Origin: Chitinophagales bacterium
GTDB lineage: Bacteria; Bacteroidota; Bacteroidia; Chitinophagales; LD1
Length of the DNA stretch: 64,000 nt
Direction of reading: 5' to 3'
Assembly: GCA_035299425.1 (NCBI GenBank)
Contig: DATGWP010000160.1
Location: forward strand, 4,929-68,928
The notes beneath the pieces are model-generated. The model ran no database searches. It worked only from the letters and a program-made list of their open reading frames with translations, and was not told where the DNA came from. Below, one piece after another: positions 1 to 8,848 of this stretch (the stretch's first letter is position 1; every line of letters starts with the position of its first letter). The translations under genes were made by a program, and so were the position numbers.

Positions 1-60
1 ATGATACGTGTAACCAATGGTGAATTGGTTACCGCCAAAAAACTTTTTTTAGCCAAATAG
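1..60 (+). CDS. 3' end of unidentified upstream gene (partial, runs off window)
   Basis: Frame 1 is open from base 1 to TAG at 58-60 (..IRVTNGELVTAKKLFLAK*). A hairpin plus T-run follows. No function is assignable. Confidence 0.3.
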   Translation: MIRVTNGELVTAKKLFLAK

Positions 61-65
61 GTTCT

Positions 66-106
66 AAGGGGCACTTCTGGGTTAGGGCCAGAGGTTGCCC
101 CTTTTG
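66..106 (+). terminator. intrinsic terminator
   Basis: Arms AAGGGGCACTTCTGG / CCAGAGGTTGCCCCTT with loop GTTAGGG, followed by TTTT. Confidence 0.6.
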
Positions 107-199
107 CCAAACAGGCTAAATCCTGTCAAATATTTGGGTTTTTATTAAAATACCCTACCTTTGGTCTCAGGACACATTTTAAAGTAATTGAAAATCAAA

Positions 200-218
200 G
201 ACTTGTAAGTTACAAGTC
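200..218. promoter_or_regulatory. perfect 9+1+9 palindrome, candidate operator
   Basis: GACTTGTAA-G-TTACAAGTC lies about 90 nt upstream of the ATG at 310. Confidence 0.35.
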
Positions 219-309
219 AGATTTTTGAAACTTTTTTAGGCTAAAGCCTTGACAAATTTTTACTGGCACACTATTTTATAGATATAAATAAGCACTTAAA
301 AATATAGAC

Positions 310-1500
310 ATGAACAAGCTTCTTACAACTTTTGCAAGTATCGCCTTATCCCTGAGCAGCTTTGCTGCAGGCGACTGCCCTGCCCTTTCTGGTGAATTCA
401 CCATCGGCAAAGGAGAAACAGCAGATTTCTCTACATTAACCGATGCTGCCAATGCGCTTAAGTGCGGTGGTGTTTCGGGTCCTGTAACATTCCTTTTAGA
501 AGATGGCACCTACAACGAAAAGCTGGTTCTTTCTTCTATTCCAGGCACCTCTTCTTTCAATACGGTAACCTTCGAATCTAAATCGGGTAACAATACAGAC
601 GCTATCATCAGCTACGGAAGCGGCGACGCTACGGTAGTGTTAAACGGTGTAGCTTACGTTAACTTCGAAAACATAACCGTAGACCACAAGTCAGCTACTT
701 ATGGTAGCAGTATGCGCGTAGACGGCAAATCGAACAACCTGCAATTTAAAGGTGTAGTATTTGAAGGCGTAGAAATTAACCGCGCCAATGCCAACAGCGC
801 CACTGTATACTTCACGTCTACAGCACCTAAGTCTGATATCGCTTTTGAAGATTGCGAAATAAACAACGGCAGCACCGGCATTACCAAAGGCGGCATGAAC
901 GCCGATGAAATGGATACCAAAACATCTATCACCGGCACTCTTTTCTTCAACCAGTTTGAAAAAGGCCTGGCGCTTACCAATGAAGATGCACCGGTAATTA
1001 CCAATAACGTAGTAAGCACCCTTTCTACACACACTTCGTTCCGCGCTATCGACCTTGATAACGTAGCTAACAACGTAATTATCAGCAATAACATTGTAAA
1101 CGCTGCCAACGGTTCTTATGGCCTGGCTATGAATAACTGCAATGCACAGGCTACCAACCTTGGTCAAATAAACAACAACTCGATAGCAGTAGGCGGCAAC
1201 AGCGAAAGCTACGGCATCTACTTATCAGGCTCGTCAGATAACCAGGTGCTTAACTTTAACCGTGTAAAATTGACCATCAATGGCAAGCAATCGTCTACAC
1301 AGGCTTATTACAGAAATGCAGGTTCGGGCAACAATATCAACATGATGAACAACATTTTCTACGATTTGAACACAGGTGGTTACACCATACTGGGCAACAC
1401 TTACAAAGATTACTTTAACCAATTACCGGCACAAAGCAATCCTGCCCTTTCGGTTTCGTCTAACGGGTTAATGATTGAAAAAGTATCTCCAATAAAATAA
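310..1500 (+). CDS. secreted right-handed parallel beta-helix repeat protein
   Basis: N-terminal signal peptide (MNKLLTTFASIALSLSSFAAG). Repeated N/G/V-rich turns of about 22 aa (NNVIISNNIVNAANGSYGLAMNN) are typical of beta-helix repeats. Confidence 0.7.
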   Translation: MNKLLTTFASIALSLSSFAAGDCPALSGEFTIGKGETADFSTLTDAANALKCGGVSGPVTFLLEDGTYNEKLVLSSIPGTSSFNTVTFESKSGNNTDAIISYGSGDATVVLNGVAYVNFENITVDHKSATYGSSMRVDGKSNNLQFKGVVFEGVEINRANANSATVYFTSTAPKSDIAFEDCEINNGSTGITKGGMNADEMDTKTSITGTLFFNQFEKGLALTNEDAPVITNNVVSTLSTHTSFRAIDLDNVANNVIISNNIVNAANGSYGLAMNNCNAQATNLGQINNNSIAVGGNSESYGIYLSGSSDNQVLNFNRVKLTINGKQSSTQAYYRNAGSGNNINMMNNIFYDLNTGGYTILGNTYKDYFNQLPAQSNPALSVSSNGLMIEKVSPIK

Positions 1501-1526
1501 TAGCTATAACTTACTAGTCACCTTTT

Positions 1527-1558
1527 ACGGCCCCGGTTAATATCGGGGCCGTTTTTAT
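1527..1558 (+). terminator. intrinsic terminator
   Basis: ACGGCCCCG / CGGGGCCGT 9-bp stem followed by TTTTTATTT. Confidence 0.75.
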
Positions 1559-1605
1559 TTCCAAAGTATTTGTATTTTTATTTGTCAGTTGCATTTTTTT
1601 GAACT

Positions 1606-2775
1606 GTGGAGGCGGGTAATTTCAAACTAAAAGAAAACCACGTGATAGGCCAGATAAGTGTACCCGAAAATGCCGATGTAACCCTGCTTAAAGGGTTATT
1701 AAAAGAGAGCGAGAACAGATTTAACCTGCTGGCAGATGCCTCACCCATAATGATATGGATGACCGATGAGCATAACCAATGCTACTACTTCAACAAATCG
1801 TGGACAGATTTTACAGGCAGAAACGTGGCTGCCGAAGCTGGCACCGCCTGGTTACAGGGCGTACACCCCGACGATTTAAAGCTGTTCAATACCCTGGAAC
1901 CTATACTGGACCGTAAAGAAAAATACACCTTTGAATACCGCCTGCTGCGCCACGATGGACAGTACCGTTTTATACACGAAATTGGCAACCCCCGCTTTTT
2001 GCCCGATGGCACTTTTGCAGGCTATATAGGCAGCTGTATAGATGTAACCGAAGCACGCGCAACCGAGGTTATATTAGCCAACCAGGCTAAAGAGCTAATG
2101 CGCTCTAACGAAGAACTGGAACAATTTGCCTACGTGGCATCGCACGATTTGCAGGAACCCCTGCGCATGATACTTAGCTACGTGCAGCTGATTCAAAAAA
2201 ATATTGACCAGGGCGATACCAAACGGGTGAACGAGTTTATTGCTTATGTAATAGAAGGCACCGGCCGCATGCAGGCCCTGATTAACGACCTGCTGCAGTT
2301 TTCGCGCGTAACCCGCAAAGGCAACCCCTTTGCCCAGGTAGACCTGAACGAAGTGCTCAAGATAGCCGTAACGCACCTTACAGCGCGCATACAGGAGAAT
2401 AATGCAGTGGTAAACATCAGCCCTATGCCTGTTATTATGGGAGATAGTTTTCAGTTAATCAGATTATTTCAAAACTTAATTGATAATGCCATTAAATTTA
2501 AAACGATAAGTACAAACCCTATTATAGATATTAACGTAAAAGAGAAAGAGGATGAATACGAATTTTCTGTACGCGATAATGGAATAGGTATAGAAGATAA
2601 GTTCTACAATCGTATATTTGTGATATTCCAACGGCTTCATAACCGTAAAGATTATGAAGGCACCGGCATAGGACTGGCTATTTGCAAAAAAATTGTAGAA
2701 CGGCATGGAGGCGAAATTTGGGTAGAGTCGGAAAAGGATAAAGGGAGTACGTTTTATTTTACAATTAAAAAATAA
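1606..2775 (+). CDS. PAS-domain sensor histidine kinase
   Basis: PAS region (IMIWMTDEHNQCYYFNKSWTDFTGR), H-box ASHDLQEPLRM, N/G boxes (NLIDNAIKF, DNGIGI, GTGIGLAICKKIVERHGG). GTG start. Confidence 0.9.
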   Translation: MEAGNFKLKENHVIGQISVPENADVTLLKGLLKESENRFNLLADASPIMIWMTDEHNQCYYFNKSWTDFTGRNVAAEAGTAWLQGVHPDDLKLFNTLEPILDRKEKYTFEYRLLRHDGQYRFIHEIGNPRFLPDGTFAGYIGSCIDVTEARATEVILANQAKELMRSNEELEQFAYVASHDLQEPLRMILSYVQLIQKNIDQGDTKRVNEFIAYVIEGTGRMQALINDLLQFSRVTRKGNPFAQVDLNEVLKIAVTHLTARIQENNAVVNISPMPVIMGDSFQLIRLFQNLIDNAIKFKTISTNPIIDINVKEKEDEYEFSVRDNGIGIEDKFYNRIFVIFQRLHNRKDYEGTGIGLAICKKIVERHGGEIWVESEKDKGSTFYFTIKK

Positions 2776-2787
2776 TTGTTTTTGTAT

Positions 2788-3237
2788 ATGGATTTTTTGA
2801 AGAATAATAAAGAAAAACCAAGGGTATTGCTTGTAGAGGATAACCCCGGCGATATCCGCTTAACCCAGGAAGCGCTTAAAGAAAGCCAGATGGACATCCA
2901 TTTGGATGTAGTATCGGATGGCGAACAGGCTATTGATTTTTTAATGAAGAAAGGCAAGTATGCCGATAGCATTCGCCCCCATATTATATTGCTCGATTTG
3001 AATTTGCCCAAGAAAAACGGAATTGAAGTATTGAAGGAAATTAAGGCACACGATTCATTGCGCAAAATACCGGTAATAGTGCTTACCACTTCTGATGCCG
3101 ACCATGATATTTCCAAGGCCTATTCACTAAATGCTAATTGCTACATTTTAAAACCGGTAGACTTTGATGATTTTGCCAAAGTGATACGGTTGATAGAAGT
3201 ATATTGGTTTAATACCGTTCAACTACCACACGAATAA
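2788..3237 (+). CDS. stand-alone response regulator receiver protein
   Basis: VLLVEDNPGD..DLNLPKKNG..TTS..K motif set. ATG at 2788 is preferred over the TTG at 2776 given in the ORF track. Confidence 0.9.
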   Translation: MDFLKNNKEKPRVLLVEDNPGDIRLTQEALKESQMDIHLDVVSDGEQAIDFLMKKGKYADSIRPHIILLDLNLPKKNGIEVLKEIKAHDSLRKIPVIVLTTSDADHDISKAYSLNANCYILKPVDFDDFAKVIRLIEVYWFNTVQLPHE

Positions 3238-3240
3238 CAT

Positions 3241-3987
3241 ATGTCGGCACAGGAACTAAAAGTTTTATTGATTGAGGACAACCCCGGCGACGCATTTCTT
3301 ATGAAATTCTATCTGGGCGAATCTACCTCGCCCCTGTTTCAGGTTTCGCATGCCGAAACAGTAAAAGCAGCGCTTGAACTATTAAGCGAAAATACATTCG
3401 ACATTATTTTAAGTGATATGAACCTGCCCGATAGTTTTGGGGTAGATACTATCAAATCAATACTTTCAAAGTTTCCCGGCAACCTGGTAATAGTGCTTAC
3501 CGGCCTTACCGACGAAGAAGTGGGCCTTGAAACTGTGCGCTACGGGGCACAGGATTTTTTAACCAAAGGCAAGTTCGATAGCAAAGTGCTTATATCATCG
3601 GTAATGTTTGCCTTTGAGCGCTTTAAACTTAATAAACAGATAGACAGCTTCACCAAGAAACTGGACGAAGAAAACTCTCGCTTAGATACCATACAAAAAC
3701 TGCTGAACGTAGGTTATATAGAGTACGATATGAAATCAAAGAACGTTTTCAGGTCAGACTATACCCTTAAAATTACCGGGCAAAACCCCGATATGAAGAC
3801 TGAAAACATAGATGATGCTTTGGGCCGCGCAGAAGATACCGAAGCACTGAAGGCAGTGGTGCAAAAGGCCATTGCCGAAGGTGGAACAGGAGAGTTTACC
3901 TACAAGCGTAAGGACAACGGCAAACAATTCCGTGTGCGTTACGAAGCCAAAGAAGGTAAGCTGTGCGGAGTGGTAGAGGCGGTATAG
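3241..3987 (+). CDS. response regulator with uncharacterised C-terminal (PAS-like) domain
   Basis: Receiver motifs (VLLIEDNPGD, SDMNLPDSFG, LTGL, K) followed by about 120 aa of non-DNA-binding tail. Confidence 0.85.
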   Translation: MSAQELKVLLIEDNPGDAFLMKFYLGESTSPLFQVSHAETVKAALELLSENTFDIILSDMNLPDSFGVDTIKSILSKFPGNLVIVLTGLTDEEVGLETVRYGAQDFLTKGKFDSKVLISSVMFAFERFKLNKQIDSFTKKLDEENSRLDTIQKLLNVGYIEYDMKSKNVFRSDYTLKITGQNPDMKTENIDDALGRAEDTEALKAVVQKAIAEGGTGEFTYKRKDNGKQFRVRYEAKEGKLCGVVEAV

Positions 3988-4029
3988 GATATTTTTCAAT
4001 TGCCAAAAATTAATTTTCAAGCAATACTG

Positions 4030-4057
4030 AAAGCAGGCCGCAAGGCTTGCTTTTTGC
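4030..4057 (+). terminator. intrinsic terminator
   Basis: AAGCAGGCC-GCAA-GGCTTGCTT followed by TTTGCTTT. Confidence 0.6.
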
Positions 4058-4143
4058 TTTAAATGAAATAGCCCATAGATCTGTGTTACTTTTGAGATAA
4101 AAGCCGGTTATACTATTATAGGTTGAAGTTACGTTATTATACT

Positions 4144-5067
4144 ATGCGCAAAAGCCTGCTCGTTTTTACGTTTGCACTTTGCTTGGGCCTTGCCAAGGCC
4201 CAGGGGCCGGTTAAGTATGTAGTGTACTTCCCTTTTAATAAAGAGACCCTTACTTCCGGGGCGTTGAGCACCTTACAGCACGCGGTAAAAGATAATACCG
4301 GCAAGATGATAGACTCGGTGAAAATTTATGCCCACTGCGATAGCATAGGCAGTATTGAGGCTAACGAGGCACTGGCAGTAAAAAGAGCCGAAGCGGTAAA
4401 GCAATTTTTGATTGAGCAAAAACTAAGAAGCAGTGCCTTCAAAGATGTTACAGGCTATGGCAAACGCCAACCGGTGAACGATAACAGCACCGAAGCATTA
4501 CGTCAGCTAAACCGGCGCGCAGAGGTTTTGATTTTTGCGCACAATAAGGCTGTACCGAAAAAGGAGATAGTAAAAGCAGAAACACCAGTGGCCGCTGTAG
4601 CTGGAGAAACTAAACCCGCAGTAGGTACGGTTGGTGATGAGATACCTGTAAGCGAACGCAAAGCGCTTGACGGACTGCGCAAGTTGATGAGCACCGCTGA
4701 GGTAGGCAAAACCATAAGGCTACCCAACCTTAATTTTTACGGCAGCAGGCACTTTGTAGTTACTGAATCACTACCCACGCTTGATACACTGGCAGCTATC
4801 TTAAAATCGTATCCCGAAATTGAGGTAGAGATACAGGGCTATGTTTGCTGTGTGCCTAAAGGCAAAGAAGCATTTGATGTTACCGAGCGCAAATACAATC
4901 TATCTTCTACCCGTGCGCAGGCAGTGTATAACGACCTTGTAAAAAATGGCATTGCCCCCGGGCGGTTAAAACACAAAGGCTATGGCAGCCAGCCTATGGT
5001 AGAGGAGTTAACCGATGATGATAAGGCAATGAACAGGCGGGTAGAACTAAAGATATTGAAACGGTAG
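4144..5067 (+). CDS. OmpA-family protein with two OmpA-like domains
   Basis: Signal peptide. Two copies of the OmpA C-terminal signature (..NRRAEVLIF.. and ..NRRVELKILK). ATG at 4144 is preferred to the TTG at 4123. Confidence 0.85.
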   Translation: MRKSLLVFTFALCLGLAKAQGPVKYVVYFPFNKETLTSGALSTLQHAVKDNTGKMIDSVKIYAHCDSIGSIEANEALAVKRAEAVKQFLIEQKLRSSAFKDVTGYGKRQPVNDNSTEALRQLNRRAEVLIFAHNKAVPKKEIVKAETPVAAVAGETKPAVGTVGDEIPVSERKALDGLRKLMSTAEVGKTIRLPNLNFYGSRHFVVTESLPTLDTLAAILKSYPEIEVEIQGYVCCVPKGKEAFDVTERKYNLSSTRAQAVYNDLVKNGIAPGRLKHKGYGSQPMVEELTDDDKAMNRRVELKILKR

Positions 5068-5069
5068 AT

Positions 5070-5107
5070 ACGCGATGTTCGCGTCTAAAGATGCCAGCAT
5101 GGCGTCT
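5070..5107. repeat. two tandem ..GCGTCT hairpins (REP-like) between convergent genes
   Basis: ACGCGA-TGT-TCGCGT followed by AGATGCCA-GCA-TGGCGTCT. The second hairpin recurs at 28231-28251. Confidence 0.5.
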
Positions 5108-5113
5108 CTTCAA

Positions 5114-6976
5114 TTACTCACTCAACAGCGGCTGCCCTTCTGTATTAAGTATAGTCGGCAGAAATAAATTCTCCGGCGTAATAGCTCTGGTATTATCAAA
5201 GCCACCGGCTACTGTCCATGGTTTCAGGTTAGGCACATTTAGGCCGGGATAATAGGCAAACATAATTTCGAAAGAGCCGATGCCTAAACCAAGATTGCGC
5301 AAACGTATACCCGCCCCGTAAGCCTGCTTTAATTGAAACTCATTCATAGAGCCTTTTTGCGATATAGCCAGATTGGCAAAAGCAAAGGCACTGCTGGTAA
5401 ATCCAAGTATTTTAAACGTAGGGTAAACATCTGTTTCAAAATTAAATATGTAGTTGCGCGTACCTCGTATATAGTTGGTAAAAATACCCCGCATACCACT
5501 TGCGTTGTTCAGCACCAGTTCTTTACCAAGCGGGCGGTTAAAACCAAGGTTAACGTCAACCGATATAAACTGCCGCATCATAAACCGTGGCCCCAGCTTA
5601 ATAGCGCTGGTGTAAAAGGTCTGCTTAATCCGGAATAAAATCTGCTGATAGCTGTCTTTTTTCACAAAGCCTCCATACGATGCACGTGCGTTATAGTAAC
5701 CGGCACGGCCTATATACTTTCCGTACTCCAGTTGCAGCCCTGCGTAAAATCGCTTTTGCAACTCTTCATCATAATCAAACCCAAGTATTAATGCACCATT
5801 CAGCCCACGGCTGAAATACTCCGCCTGCCCCAGGTAAAATACCGAGTGGTCCACATAGTAGTTCCAGTTGGCAAAACCCATACTACCAAGAAAGCACGTG
5901 CGGTCTATAAACGTTTGCGCCCCATCCTGGCTGCGCTTAAATGGCCGCGAGGTATAATTGCTGCGGTACATCCGTGCAGAGAGTATAAAGCGCAGCAGGT
6001 CGTACTTTTTGCCCAGCCTGCCCGGCAGCTTATGCGAGGTTGCCAGCCACACATCCTGCCAGTTATAAAACACATTGGTAGGTATACTTGGGCCAAATGC
6101 GTTTGGCACTGCATTATTTTCTTTATACAAGCCTGCTTTTATATGCCCCGCCCAGCGGCTGTTAGCCGAAAAAAAATCGCGGCGGATGCGTATAGCACCA
6201 CCCTTAGTAAAGTTGCTATACTCATACGATACCCGTGCATCTATATGCGAGCTTTTTATATTATCGTAACTATACTTACCATATACACTATAAAGGTTGT
6301 CCTTCCGGTAGTTTAGCGACACCCAATTAGATATACTCTGCGGCATACCCAAAAAATTATTAAACTGAATACCCACTGCTATTTTGTTGTATTCTAAACT
6401 TGTGTTCAGGCTCCAGCTCCACATATCCTGCACCATTACTACCACATCTACCAACTCCTCGCTGCCATCTACCGGGCGCATAAATATCTTTACATCCTTA
6501 AATGTATTCCGGCCCCACAGGTTCTTCTCCGTATCGGCAAACAATACCGGCACTACACGCTCACCGTGCTTAAACAGCAGGTCGTTCCGCACCACCCAAT
6601 CTTTCGTCTTTATCTGTATGCGGTTGGCAAATTTTTGAAACTTATTGTAGTGGTCGTTGGTTGGCTTCTCTATGGTAACACCATAGGGGTCTATTACTTT
6701 TATATCAATGTTGCGGATAATCATACCGCCGTAAGGCTCAAACTCGGCAATACCTGTCAGGGGGCGGTCTACAGTACGGTCTTTATAGCTCAGGTACGAA
6801 ATATAGATAAGGGTTTTATCCAACCCTTTCATCAGCTTTTTCTTCTGTTCTTCGCGTTTAAGTTGCTTTACCGTTTTATCCAGGCATACCTCATCATCGT
6901 AGGGCGACTGTGCACTGCTGCCTATAGGCAAAAGCAATAGCAGGCTGATAAGGTAGGTGTAAATAAAACGGGCCAT
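5114..6976 (-). CDS. outer-membrane beta-barrel protein (Omp85/surface-antigen-like, putative)
   Basis: Signal peptide (LLLLLPIGSSAQ). Aromatic- and Gly-rich alternating strands through the C-terminal 400 aa. Family assignment is tentative. Confidence 0.6.
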   Translation of the reverse strand: MARFIYTYLISLLLLLPIGSSAQSPYDDEVCLDKTVKQLKREEQKKKLMKGLDKTLIYISYLSYKDRTVDRPLTGIAEFEPYGGMIIRNIDIKVIDPYGVTIEKPTNDHYNKFQKFANRIQIKTKDWVVRNDLLFKHGERVVPVLFADTEKNLWGRNTFKDVKIFMRPVDGSEELVDVVVMVQDMWSWSLNTSLEYNKIAVGIQFNNFLGMPQSISNWVSLNYRKDNLYSVYGKYSYDNIKSSHIDARVSYEYSNFTKGGAIRIRRDFFSANSRWAGHIKAGLYKENNAVPNAFGPSIPTNVFYNWQDVWLATSHKLPGRLGKKYDLLRFILSARMYRSNYTSRPFKRSQDGAQTFIDRTCFLGSMGFANWNYYVDHSVFYLGQAEYFSRGLNGALILGFDYDEELQKRFYAGLQLEYGKYIGRAGYYNARASYGGFVKKDSYQQILFRIKQTFYTSAIKLGPRFMMRQFISVDVNLGFNRPLGKELVLNNASGMRGIFTNYIRGTRNYIFNFETDVYPTFKILGFTSSAFAFANLAISQKGSMNEFQLKQAYGAGIRLRNLGLGIGSFEIMFAYYPGLNVPNLKPWTVAGGFDNTRAITPENLFLPTILNTEGQPLLSE

Positions 6977-7089
6977 GTGTCGGTATACGGAAAAAGAGAA
7001 TTGAAGTTAAAATTTTGAGGAAACTCTAATACATTTTCCAATAAATTCTTCACCGAAAAGAGGAAACTTAACGCCTGGCTTACATTAAA

Positions 7090-7689
7090 TCAATGTGTCC
7101 ATATCATCCCCTGCGGGTTTATCTCCCAGTGATATTTCTGAGATTCGCCGAAGGTGGCAAAATCCATTCGCTGGCCCAGTATAATTTCTTTGTAGGCAAA
7201 GTACATCTGGCGCGCCGCGTTCATAGGCATCATGCTTCCCACGCCTGTACATAAACCAGGTATGGCAACGGATGTAATCCGCTCATCATTCTTCGCTTTT
7301 ATCAAAATGGCCTTCATGGCAAGGTAGGCGTTTACCGAGGTGTAAATATTGAAATTGGTAGGTATACGCATGGTTGGTGCAGAAATCAAAAATAGGATTT
7401 TAGGGTCGCCTGTTTCCAGTACCATAGCCTGTCCAACTAACAACTCTCCTTCAGGTAATTCCTTTATTCTTTTCTGCAATTGCTTCTCCAGGTCCCAGCC
7501 AAACCTTTCCGACAGAGCATAGTCCAGCCCGCCATCCATAAAACCGAATGAATTAGCAGGGCTAACAACAGCACTGCATTCAAGAACTGTGATATCACCC
7601 TCCACAAGGCTTACATCCTTTTCATCCTTAAAAAACTCACTCCAGGCTGCTATCATGCGCTCCTTGGTGTCTGCTAAAATAATCTTCAT
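7090..7689 (-). CDS. macro-domain (ADP-ribose binding/processing) protein
   Basis: MKIILADTKE..GDITVLECSAVVSPANSFGFMDGGLDYALSERFG matches the macro-domain core. The internal ATG at 7689 is preferred to 7776. Confidence 0.8.
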   Translation of the reverse strand: MKIILADTKERMIAAWSEFFKDEKDVSLVEGDITVLECSAVVSPANSFGFMDGGLDYALSERFGWDLEKQLQKRIKELPEGELLVGQAMVLETGDPKILFLISAPTMRIPTNFNIYTSVNAYLAMKAILIKAKNDERITSVAIPGLCTGVGSMMPMNAARQMYFAYKEIILGQRMDFATFGESQKYHWEINPQGMIWTH

Positions 7690-7824
7690 AATGCCTTGTT
7701 CTTTATTTGTTAAACTAAATATAGCAATTGTCTTAGTTGGAATCGCGCATTGCCTTTTAACACCCCTTATCCACACCTTTTAAAAGCTATATTTGCTTTT
7801 TGGCTAATTCCCTTATTTTCGAAC

Positions 7825-8328
7825 GTGAATACATTGCGAGAAGACCTTATTGAAGAAGTGAAGAATATTTTTTCTGCTTACCTGGAGCGGAAACAACTTC
7901 GCAAAACCACCGAACGATACACCATACTCGAAGAGATATATAAGCGCGACGACCACTTTGAGGCCGAGTCGCTGTTTAACTTTTTTAAAAAGAAAAAATT
8001 CAACATCAGCCGGGCCACCGTTTACAATACGCTGGAGCTATTGGTAAGCTGCGACCTGGTAAAAAAGCACCAGTTTGGCAAAAACCAGGCACAGTATGAA
8101 AAAAGCTACGGTTATAAACAACATGACCATATTATTTGTGTAGATTGTAAAAAAGTAGTTGAATTTTGTGACCCTCGGATCCAGAATATTAAGACCATGA
8201 TGGGCGATTTGCTGAATTTTAAAATAACCCATCATTCACTAAATATGTACGGCATTTGCGGCAACTGCCAAAAGCAGCGCGAGATAGATGCTACAAAAAG
8301 AGAAACCGAAGTAGTAGCGGCAGATTAA
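7825..8328 (+). CDS. fur: Fur-family transcriptional regulator
   Basis: Winged-helix N-terminus (RKTTERYTILEE..ISRATVYNTLELL), HDHIICVDCKKVVEF and C-terminal CGNC metal sites. GTG at 7825 is preceded by TATATTTG at 7788-7795. Confidence 0.8.
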   Translation: MNTLREDLIEEVKNIFSAYLERKQLRKTTERYTILEEIYKRDDHFEAESLFNFFKKKKFNISRATVYNTLELLVSCDLVKKHQFGKNQAQYEKSYGYKQHDHIICVDCKKVVEFCDPRIQNIKTMMGDLLNFKITHHSLNMYGICGNCQKQREIDATKRETEVVAAD

Positions 8329-8370
8329 AACAATAACGGATAAAAATATTAACTGTATAAAACCAATCAA

Positions 8371-8709
8371 ATGAAGAACGAAATTAAAGACGGAGTACTG
8401 GTTATTTACTTAGAGGGTAACCTGCTGGGCGAACACAGCAATGCACCTGTAATGGAACTGATTAAGCAGGTAATTGAAGCAGGTAACAAGAAGGTATTGT
8501 TTAACCTGGCCGAAATGAAATTTATAAATAGTACCGGTTTGGGTATGCTGTTAACTGCTGTTAGCAAAACAAGAAACGCCGGTGGCGAAGTAGCCCTGTG
8601 CACCCTGCCTGAGCAAATGACCAAGCTATTGCAAATGACCAAGCTGGGCGGCGCATTTATAGTTAAAGGAACTGAAGACGAAGCTATAGCATACCTTAAG
8701 GGTGCGTAG
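8371..8709 (+). CDS. STAS-domain anti-sigma-factor antagonist
   Basis: 112 aa with FINSTGLGMLL (conserved phospho-Ser context), SpoIIAA-like. Confidence 0.8.
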   Translation: MKNEIKDGVLVIYLEGNLLGEHSNAPVMELIKQVIEAGNKKVLFNLAEMKFINSTGLGMLLTAVSKTRNAGGEVALCTLPEQMTKLLQMTKLGGAFIVKGTEDEAIAYLKGA

Positions 8710-8732
8710 GTAGATTCCGTAATACGGTTTTT

Positions 8733-8790
8733 AAATTCCAAACAACAATTGACAAATTATAGTGTTGGTGTCGTTTGGAATTTCGTTTTT
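8733..8790 (+). terminator. long hairpin terminator
   Basis: AAATTCCAAAC...GTTTGGAATTT 11-bp stem followed by CGTTTTTGT. Confidence 0.5.
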
Positions 8791-8848
8791 GTGATTTGTG
8801 TTTTATGAACTGGATTTATTTTAAAGAGTAAGATATAACAACAATATA

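Noticed and set aside
691-1167. Numerous long ORFs antisense to, or out of frame with, confident genes. Examples: 691-1167 (-), 5846-6316 (+), 22062-22538 (+), 38716-39405 (+), 41083-41739 (+), 43943-44344 (+), 15470-15991 (-).
   Set aside because: Each lies wholly inside a gene with clear family motifs on the other strand or frame. Their translations are low-complexity or stop-poor shadows with no recognisable motifs.
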